This document shows, piece after piece, positions 1 through 6,052 of a DNA stretch of 64,000 nt; the stretch's first letter is position 1; the number at the start of each line of letters is the position of its first letter. Below the pieces are notes generated by a model. The model was not told the origin of the DNA. It was given only the letters and a program-made list of their open reading frames with translations, and did no database searches. Position numbers and translations under genes: made by a program. The DNA comes from an uncultured Microthrixaceae bacterium (GTDB taxonomy: Bacteria; Actinomycetota; Acidimicrobiia; Acidimicrobiales; VFJN01). The stretch lies in assembly GCA_963703565.1 (NCBI GenBank), contig CAVPEW010000034.1, positions 2,878-66,877 on the forward strand. The letters run 5' to 3'.

Positions 1-543
1 AACAAGCCGAGGCGAGGACCCAGGACCGAGCGGCCGTACCTCCTCCGTGGCCGGCTCAGATGCGGGCTCTGCGGACGCAAGCTCCAGGGCAGCTGGCACC
101 ACGGCGAGGCGTACTACCGGTGCCAGTACGGCGCCGAGTACGCGAGGTCGGCGCGGCTGCCGCACCCGAAGGTCGTCTACCTGCGCGGGTGGGATCTGCT
201 CCCCCACGTCGACGACTGGCTGGGCCGGCTGTTCGATCCGGAGAACGTCGACGCCACCTGCGAGGCGATCCTCGGCGCCGCCACCGAGCGGGCGTCCCCC
301 GCCGAGCGTGCCGCCGCCAGCGACCTCCTGCGCGAGTGCGACCAGAAGCTCGACCGCTACCGGGAGCTGCTCGAGGCCGGAACCGATCCCACCGTCGTCG
401 CCGGCTGGATCAGCGACGCGAAGCTCCGGAGCCGCTTCTACGAGGAAGCCGGCGTCCTCGGCACCCACCTTCCGGACTCCCGATCGGTCGACATCGACGC
501 CGACCCATGTGTCGGTATGGGTCGTGTCGGAGGGGGGACTTGA
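1..543 (+). CDS. Large serine recombinase, C-terminal part (5' end lies outside the window)
   Basis: Frame 1 is open from base 1 to TGA at 541-543. It is absent from the ORF track because no start codon lies in the window. The translation contains ...RPYLLRGRLRCGLCGRKLQGSWHHGEAYYRCQY... (recombinase zinc-ribbon Cys pattern). This is followed by ...LRECDQKLDRYRELLEAGTDPTVVAGWISDAKL... (coiled-coil tail typical of actinobacterial large serine recombinases). Track ORFs 47..565 and 60..635 are off-frame Arg/Pro-rich shadows. Confidence 0.75.
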   Translation, partial: NKPRRGPRTERPYLLRGRLRCGLCGRKLQGSWHHGEAYYRCQYGAEYARSARLPHPKVVYLRGWDLLPHVDDWLGRLFDPENVDATCEAILGAATERASPAERAAASDLLRECDQKLDRYRELLEAGTDPTVVAGWISDAKLRSRFYEEAGVLGTHLPDSRSVDIDADPCVGMGRVGGGT

Positions 544-545
544 AC
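524..545. repeat. tRNA-distal att core: 22-bp direct repeat of the tRNA-Leu 3' end
   Basis: GTGTCGGAGGGGGGACTTGAAC at 524-545 is identical to 14788-14809. The latter forms the T-arm, acceptor 3' strand, discriminator base and first C of the CCA of the intact tRNA. The match breaks on both sides. Confidence 0.85.
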
Positions 546-574
546 TCGTGCTGGCGGCGTGTTGATCGGTGCTA

Positions 575-640
575 TGTAGTTTGCGTTCGTGCTGGTCAGA
601 AGCTGTTTTTTGGCCCGGTTCGTGATGCCCTGTAGTTTGC
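575..640 (+). repeat. Sub-terminal motif TGTAGTTTGC x2, each next to GTTCGTG
   Basis: TGTAGTTTGC occurs at 575-584 and 631-640. GTTCGTG occurs at 585-591 and 618-624. A 9/10 inverted copy (GCGAACTACA) lies at 14648-14657 near the other end of the element. Confidence 0.5.
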
Positions 641-662
641 CGTAAGGCCGGATCCGGGGTCG

Positions 663-695
663 TTCGCGGACAAAGTGCTGACAAATCGCGGACAA
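663..695 (+). repeat. Sub-terminal motif TCGCGGACAA x2; includes a 20-bp copy of a right-end sequence
   Basis: TCGCGGACAA occurs at 663-672 and 685-694. The 20-mer TGCTGACAAATCGCGGACAA at 676-695 is identical to 14699-14718. These are candidate arm-type integrase or regulator binding sites. Confidence 0.5.
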
Positions 696-760
696 GCGAC
701 ACATCCCACCGTGTCAACTTCGCGTAGCGAGTCCCTGACGCGCGGAGTACCCTGCCAGCG

Positions 761-1505
761 GTGAGTCAAGCGAGCGTTGCGTCGACGATCCGCGACCGGG
801 TTCTTCGCTCGAGCGACCGCTTCTGGCGTCCCGACGACTTCGATGGCTCACCCGCCGCCGTCGCCCAAGCGCTCTCCCGACTGGCTCGCGCTGGCGACAT
901 CCGTCGAGTCCGGCGAGGGCTCTACTGGCGAGGAACGTCGACCGCACTCGGGATGGCTCCCCCGCTGCCCGGTCGCTTCGTCGACGAAGTCGTGAACGCC
1001 CGCGGCACGGGCCCAGGTGGCTGGAGCGCCGCCCTCACGCTTGGCCTGTCCACACAAGTGCCGCGCCACGAGACCGTCGCGGTCGTCGGCCGCGCGCCCC
1101 GCTCTCCCGGGACCGTTCGGTTCGTCAGCCGCGCCGCCGAGCGCGAAGCGCCGAGACGAGCGACTCCGTCCCGTGGAGGTCGCACTGCTCGAGGTCCTGC
1201 GGGACTGGAGCGTCGTCGTCGAGGTTCCGGAGCGGGACGCAGTCCGACGGATCCGCAAGCTCGTCGACGACGGAACGCTTCGCGTCGACCGTCTCGTCCG
1301 CGCATCGGCGACGGAGCCACCGCGCGTGCGCGAGCGTCTGCGGCGTCTCCTCGCTGCGCTCGGCCGACCGGCTGAAGCGCAGGCCGTGCGACCGCTTCGG
1401 AAGCTCATCGACCCTCGACGACGTCGTGCTCGCCGGGTGAGGCCACCCATCATCCGCCGTCGCGGCCACGCCACCGTCGCGCCACCGGGTTCCACACCCC
1501 ACTGA
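761..1505 (+). CDS. AbiEi_4/DUF6088-like antitoxin-domain protein, split by an apparent +1 frameshift near 1150
   Basis: The N-terminal part (track ORF 761..) reads MSQASVASTIRDRVLRSSDRFWRPDDFDGSPAAVAQALSRLARAGDIRRVRRGLYWRG, which matches my memory of DUF6088 N-termini. A sensible sequence continues in the frame of track ORF 1017..1505 (...RDERLRPVEVALLEVLRDWSVVVEVPERDAVRRIRKLVDDG...). The junction is around GAA GCG [C]CG AGA C. Confidence 0.55.
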
Positions 1506-2355
1506 CGACCTGGCCGGCGAGGACGGGATCGGCGAAGTCGGCGATGGCTCGGATCGCCTCGGCGAGGATCGCGGGCGCCGACTCATCGAGCCCACTGCGA
1601 GCCAAGAACCGGGTCCAGTCGGCCTGCCGCACCGTCGCCAGGTCCACGAGCACCGACCGGAGCGGACGAAGGTCAGAGCCCCGATGGGCTCCCGTGGCGC
1701 GGACGGCGGCGGCGAGTTGCTCTGCGTCAACCGCGTGCCGTCCGGTCAGGAGGTAGGCGTCGGCGAAGTCACGGTCACGTGTCGTCGCGTCACCTCGGTC
1801 GACCATCGTGACGATCTTCTCGGCAAGCACCGTCTCCAGCGGGTACCCGATGAGCTCGAACGGCTCGTCGAGGAGTGACGGGTAGCTCACCGCGACGGGC
1901 TCCGGCGTGACCGGGTCGCCGACGTTGATGTCGATGCGAAGCGGGAGCCGAGCTCGGTCGATGCGAGCTGGAACCGTAATTCGGACGCCGGTGTAGGGGT
2001 CGGCGTCGCGGATCACCTGCGCTCGAAGCTCCGCCGGCTCGAACGTGACGCCATCGTCGACATCGACGGCAAGAACCTCACGCACAACGCTCGAGATCGT
2101 GTCAACGTCGTTGGCGATCGCTTGGGCCAGAAGGTCGACGTCCGCGGTTGGTCGACGCTCATCGAACGCGGCGAGGAGCATGCCGCCCTTGAGCACGAGC
2201 TGACGCCGATGGGCGGAGATGGACAAGCGGAAGAGAAACCGCTCGAGGACGTAGAGGACGAGGAGCTCGTCGGTCGGTCGACCTTCTCGGCGCGCCTTGG
2301 CCCGGAGATCCAAGTACGCACGACCGCCGGCGCTGCCTCGAGTCGGCCGAGTCAT
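1450..2355 (-). CDS. abiEii: AbiEii/AbiGii-family nucleotidyltransferase toxin (DUF1814)
   Basis: 301-aa ORF. It contains ...LVLKGGMLLAAFDERRPTADVDLL... (NTase core) and a long C-terminal helical region. Its ATG overlaps the stop of the upstream AbiEi gene by 4 nt. Confidence 0.88.
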   Translation of the reverse strand: MTRPTRGSAGGRAYLDLRAKARREGRPTDELLVLYVLERFLFRLSISAHRRQLVLKGGMLLAAFDERRPTADVDLLAQAIANDVDTISSVVREVLAVDVDDGVTFEPAELRAQVIRDADPYTGVRITVPARIDRARLPLRIDINVGDPVTPEPVAVSYPSLLDEPFELIGYPLETVLAEKIVTMVDRGDATTRDRDFADAYLLTGRHAVDAEQLAAAVRATGAHRGSDLRPLRSVLVDLATVRQADWTRFLARSGLDESAPAILAEAIRAIADFADPVLAGQVVSGVWNPVARRWRGRDGG

Positions 2356-2954
2356 CCCTGCAGCACGCCGAGCGCCGATCGGACGGGTACCGAGACTCGA
2401 AGCTGGCGCGCCAAGTCGGCAAGGCGAGCCAACCTCGGCCGTGGCTGCGCGAGATAGCGGCGCAGCGCGCGATGGGCTTCGTCCTCGCCGCTGAGGTGGC
2501 GGAGCCGAAACGCGTCGACGACGGTGCGCTCGCGATCGGTGATCCAGAACCGCTCGCCACCTTCCTCTCGGACCTCGATACGCCCAAGGCCGAACGTCGC
2601 GGCGCGGAAGACGTGGACCTTGGTGGGCGGGTGGTCGATCGTCGGGCGGTGCGAGCCCTCCGGGACTGCAAGATGGACCTGGGACGGGATATCGTCAGTG
2701 AGGTCCCAGTACGACAGCGCCGAGTCGAGAGCGATCATCCCGTGCGGTGCCCGCGCGCAGACGGCGACGAAGTCGATGTTCCCGATGCCAGCGGCATCGG
2801 CAAGCTGGAAGAGGCCCCGCGACAGCTCGAGGACCTCACCCTCATCACGCAAGGCATAGAGGTCCCGCCACGAGATTCCGGCGGCAACGGCCTCCTTGGA
2901 ACGGAAGACGGGGCCGATCTCTCGGAGTCGCTCGAGCGTCTGCGCCGACGGCAT
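2352..2954 (-). CDS. abiEi: AbiEi-family antitoxin / transcriptional regulator
   Basis: Taken from MPSAQTLERLREIGPVFRSKEAVAAGISWRDLYALRDEGEVLELSRGLFQL... (wHTH N-domain) through ...RTVVDAFR... (C-domain). I chose the ATG at 2954 rather than the track start at 2999. It is coupled to abiEii. Confidence 0.82.
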   Translation of the reverse strand: MPSAQTLERLREIGPVFRSKEAVAAGISWRDLYALRDEGEVLELSRGLFQLADAAGIGNIDFVAVCARAPHGMIALDSALSYWDLTDDIPSQVHLAVPEGSHRPTIDHPPTKVHVFRAATFGLGRIEVREEGGERFWITDRERTVVDAFRLRHLSGEDEAHRALRRYLAQPRPRLARLADLARQLRVSVPVRSALGVLQG

Positions 2955-2955
2955 G

Positions 2956-3000
2956 TATGAAATCCTACAGAGGACGGACCGTCCTCGGGTGGATTTCATA
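2956..3000. promoter_or_regulatory. 45-bp nested palindrome immediately upstream of abiEi (candidate operator or RNA hairpin)
   Basis: TATGAAATCC (2956-2965) pairs with GGATTTCATA (2991-3000). The inner palindrome is GAGGACGG-A-CCGTCCTC (2970-2986). The centre is at 2978, and the structure starts 2 bp upstream of the abiEi ATG. Confidence 0.45.
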
Positions 3001-3129
3001 CGCTACGATGCGGAGGTACGTCGGTCGGCCCTCCACGTGCTCATCGTCCACGTAGACGCCGACGACCGCCTCGTCAGCGAGGTCAACCTCGACGAGGACC
3101 GACACCTTGTACTCGACATAGAGCGGCAT
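2965..3129 (-). CDS. Small hypothetical protein (54 aa) upstream of abiEi, below the ORF-track size cutoff
   Basis: ATG at 3129 is preceded by GAGGAG (cgaGGAGtcgagATG). The translation is MPLYVEYKVSVLVEVDLADEAVVGVYVDDEHVEGRPTYLRIVAYEIHPRTVRPL. It is codon-for-codon antisense to track ORF 2896..3183, and GAC/GTC/GAG/CTC richness makes both strands look coding. The Shine-Dalgarno sequence and the shared orientation with abiEi favour the minus strand. Confidence 0.35.
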   Translation of the reverse strand: MPLYVEYKVSVLVEVDLADEAVVGVYVDDEHVEGRPTYLRIVAYEIHPRTVRPL

Positions 3130-3265
3130 CTCGACTCCTCGGTCGGCTCTTGCGAGCGATTCTCGAGCGAACGAGGACCGTGAACGGAGGACCCCTCGTG
3201 CGACGTCGGTTGGGGAACCCGACGATCACAAACGAGCACGTCGCCGCCGTGCGATAGTCATCCGT

Positions 3266-4057
3266 GTGTCGCGTCCACCCCATGACCCGCTGACGTGGTT
3301 GAGGGATCTCTTCTCGGATTGGACGCCTCAGGTGCGTGCTCTCTTCCGAGTCGGCCAAGAGGGCACGCTTCCGCTCGACGCCGTCTCGGATGGAGACCTC
3401 CGTGCCGAACTCACGGAGAAGGGGTGGCTCCTTCCCCTGCCCGACGAATCTGCGGCGCTCTCGAACCTCTTCGAGACAGAGATTCTCGACATTGTCCACA
3501 GCGCGCTCGACGGCGAGGACGTGCGGATTCGCAAGGGGGGGAGCCGCTCGTATCCTGACTTCGAGATCGAGGGGACGTTCTTCAACGGCGGCGCGCATGC
3601 GGTCGACATCAAGTGCGCCCGCCACTCCGGCACGAGCGTGGACTCCACCATCGCGCTCTATACGGGCAACACGTACTTCCTGTTCCCCGACCTGCTGTTC
3701 CCGGGAATGCTCCGAACGTTCGGCGAGTACGACGAGCGGATCGCGATCGTCATCCTCTACCGATATCGGCCCGACCTGCAGGAGCGATTCTCAGACGTCC
3801 GGGTCGCTATCCACCCCGTGTGGCGTATCGCAGGGACGACCAAGCCCTCTTCGACTCGCCACTACATCGGCTCGGTGAACCGAGTCGATGACATCGTGGC
3901 CGGCAAGGGTGCGTTCGATACTCCGGACGAGTTCTACGCGTACTGGCGGTCGGCACAGCGGGGCTGGCCGGTGAACCCCGGCGTCGCAAAGGCGAAGAAG
4001 AGCGCTGCCGCCCTCGCTAAGGGGACGACGGCGAAGCGCAAGCCCAAGAGGAAGTAG
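3266..4057 (+). CDS. Candidate type II restriction endonuclease (PD-(D/E)xK-like)
   Basis: 263-aa ORF with a GTG start. It contains ...SRSYPDFEIEGTFFNGGAHAVDIKCAR..., which fits PD...(D/E)xK (PD then D-I-K 16 residues later). It is convergent with, and 19 bp from, the m5C methyltransferase. The C-terminus is a Lys/Ala-rich tail. Confidence 0.5.
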   Translation: MSRPPHDPLTWLRDLFSDWTPQVRALFRVGQEGTLPLDAVSDGDLRAELTEKGWLLPLPDESAALSNLFETEILDIVHSALDGEDVRIRKGGSRSYPDFEIEGTFFNGGAHAVDIKCARHSGTSVDSTIALYTGNTYFLFPDLLFPGMLRTFGEYDERIAIVILYRYRPDLQERFSDVRVAIHPVWRIAGTTKPSSTRHYIGSVNRVDDIVAGKGAFDTPDEFYAYWRSAQRGWPVNPGVAKAKKSAAALAKGTTAKRKPKRK

Positions 4058-4076
4058 CCGTAACTGACGTTCGGTG

Positions 4077-5210
4077 TCAGTGCCGAGCGACGGCGGCGAC
4101 ACCCTCCGCGACCCGGTGACCGAGCAATGGAGGCACGGAATTGCCGACCTGCGATTGGATCGAGGCGCGCCGGCCGACGAAGGCGAAGGCGTCAGGGAAG
4201 GTGAAGAGCCGACGCAGCTCAGGGACCCGGAGCCGGCGGCTCTCCCAGTGGAACGGTCCGACGTTCGGCCCGGGCTGCGCCTGGATCGTGGGTGATGGTC
4301 GGCTCGGGTCCAGCTTCAGCAGGAACGACCAGTAGCGCGATCGCCAGCCGAACATGGGGCTCGGATGGCCCCGTTCGGCTGTGTAGTAGAGGTAGTTGTC
4401 ACCGGGCGGGATGTCGGGCAAGAGGTGACCCCATTGGCCGCGGACCACTTCCTCGGGCTCCGGTTCGGTCACGAGCCCAGCAAGCGCCTCGCCAGTTGTC
4501 ACATGCGGCAACGGACCGCCCGCGACCTTCCTTCGCTCCCACTCGCCATGGTGGGTCGGCAGTGGCAGTTCGGGCAGCTTCTCGGTCTTGGCGGCGCCGA
4601 CGATGAACAGGCGAGGTCGGGCCTGTGGGATGCCGTAATCGGCGGCGTTGAGAACCCGCCAGGAGAAGCGATATCCCGCCGCCTCGATCTCACGGAGAAG
4701 GCGCTCGAACGCCGGCCGGCTGGCCTTGTTGTCGAAGGTCAGCGCATACACGTTCTCGAGGATGAAGTGGCGCGGCCGCGCTTCTGCCAGTACACGGGTG
4801 TACGCCTGCAACAGGCTGGCGGCCGGATCGACGCCGTCTCGCTTCCAGTCGAGCCAGAAGCCGGACTTGGAGAAGGCGACGCATGGAGGCCCACCTACGA
4901 GCAGGTCCGGACGCTCTCGACGCTCGTAGCCGCCGGCACGAAGGATGTCGCGGGTGGTTACGCCGCCCTCGGACCCAGTCGCCAGCGGGTAGAGATCCGC
5001 CCTGAGCACTTCCCGTAGGCCAGGGAAGTACGCGCCCGCGTTCTTCTCCATCGTGTCAGCCGCGTCTTCGTCCCACTCGACTGCGACGGCCGTCCTGAAC
5101 CCGGCGGCCTCGATGCCGAGATCGAGCCCGCCCGCGCCTGCGAAGAGCGAGATCGCGTTCCCGACAGTCACGGTGACAGTCTTGTCGCTGGCCTGTGCTG
5201 CGGTGCGCAT
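4077..5210 (-). CDS. dcm: DNA (cytosine-5)-methyltransferase
   Basis: Motifs seen: I LFAGAGGLDLG, IV GGPPCVAFS, VI ENV, VIII IPQARPRLFIVG, X GNSVPPLL. The start is placed at the ATG at 5210 (MRTAAQASDK...). The track ORF extends to 5393, so the start is uncertain. Confidence 0.9.
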   Translation of the reverse strand: MRTAAQASDKTVTVTVGNAISLFAGAGGLDLGIEAAGFRTAVAVEWDEDAADTMEKNAGAYFPGLREVLRADLYPLATGSEGGVTTRDILRAGGYERRERPDLLVGGPPCVAFSKSGFWLDWKRDGVDPAASLLQAYTRVLAEARPRHFILENVYALTFDNKASRPAFERLLREIEAAGYRFSWRVLNAADYGIPQARPRLFIVGAAKTEKLPELPLPTHHGEWERRKVAGGPLPHVTTGEALAGLVTEPEPEEVVRGQWGHLLPDIPPGDNYLYYTAERGHPSPMFGWRSRYWSFLLKLDPSRPSPTIQAQPGPNVGPFHWESRRLRVPELRRLFTFPDAFAFVGRRASIQSQVGNSVPPLLGHRVAEGVAAVARH

Positions 5211-5299
5211 GGTCGGGCCCGCGAGGAGGCTGAGCTGGACGCCTGCTCGGCGCCGGTCTCTCTCAGTCGCGCGCATGCGGACGAGGGTAAACAGGGGGT

Positions 5300-5785
5300 G
5301 TGACAGGAAAGCTGGGCCCAGGCACTCGGAAACGGTCTCTGACCAGCCCACCAAGGCTCCCCGAGGGGTCGTTCGCGTCGAGCGACACCGCACGGCTTCG
5401 CATGCAGACGCAACGGCGTGTCGGAACCGCGCCCGAGCTCGCGGTTCGCCGCGCAGCCCACCGCCTCGGCCTGCGGTACTTCGTGAATCGGCGTCCGGTT
5501 CCAGCGCTCCGGCGCACAGCAGACTTCATGTTCCCGACCGAGCGGGTCGCGGTCTTCGTCGATGGATGTTTCTGGCACGGGTGCCCGCAGCACGGTCGGG
5601 GCGCGATCCGTGAGAACACCTGGTACTGGCCCGAGAAGATCGCCAGCAACCAACGACGCGACCGGGACACCGACGCCAGACTCCTCGTCGAGGGCTGGCT
5701 GCCGCTTCGAATCTGGGAACACGAGGAGCCCAGCGACGCTGCTCATCGGATCCGCGACGCTGTGAGGGAGCGTCGCCGCCGCTGA
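5300..5785 (+). CDS. vsr: Very-short-patch repair endonuclease
   Basis: Contains ...RRVGTAPELAVRRAAHRLGLRYFVNRRPVPALRRTADFMFPTERVAVFVDGCFWHGCPQH...NTWYWPEKIASNQRRDRDTDARLLVEGWLPLRIWEHE. This matches the Vsr signature FVDGCFWHG..W..KI..N..RD. It is divergent from dcm. The start is uncertain. Confidence 0.85.
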   Translation: MTGKLGPGTRKRSLTSPPRLPEGSFASSDTARLRMQTQRRVGTAPELAVRRAAHRLGLRYFVNRRPVPALRRTADFMFPTERVAVFVDGCFWHGCPQHGRGAIRENTWYWPEKIASNQRRDRDTDARLLVEGWLPLRIWEHEEPSDAAHRIRDAVRERRRR

Positions 5786-5841
5786 TGATGGAAGGCGCTC
5801 GATGCGCGTCGCTTCGGCCCCGTCTCGAGCGATCATCGGGC

Positions 5842-6012
5842 ATGACTCGTATGTACAGGTTCACCCTCACAGTGGAGGTCGAGGCTGATCACGAGGCGTA
5901 CGACGACCCGGAGTGGATCGCGGATGCGGCGTGGGGTTCACTCTCGAACGAGTACGGATTTCGGTGCGTGTACGGCGATATCGAGCTTGTCGAAGAGTCG
6001 CTACCCATCTGA
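5842..6012 (+). CDS. Small hypothetical protein (56 aa)
   Basis: ATG at 5842. The translation is MTRMYRFTLTVEVEADHEAYDDPEWIADAAWGSLSNEYGFRCVYGDIELVEESLPI. It lies in a lower-GC patch between vsr and the relaxase 3' end. I recognise no family. Confidence 0.4.
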   Translation: MTRMYRFTLTVEVEADHEAYDDPEWIADAAWGSLSNEYGFRCVYGDIELVEESLPI

Positions 6013-6052
6013 GCGGGTCTACGGCGCGTGAGCGTCGTAGCGCGAGGGGTCG

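Noticed and set aside
2896-3183. 95-aa plus-strand ORF upstream of abiEi
   Set aside because: It is the exact codon-register antisense of the 54-aa minus-strand ORF. Asp/Glu/Val/Leu codon symmetry makes both look coding. The minus-strand version has a GGAG ribosome-binding site and shares orientation with abiEi, so I kept that one, at low confidence. Neither may be real.
5168-5836. 222-aa minus-strand ORF across the dcm/vsr divergent region
   Set aside because: It overlaps the well-supported vsr gene antisense and the dcm 5' region out of frame. It has no motifs and shows shadow-ORF composition.
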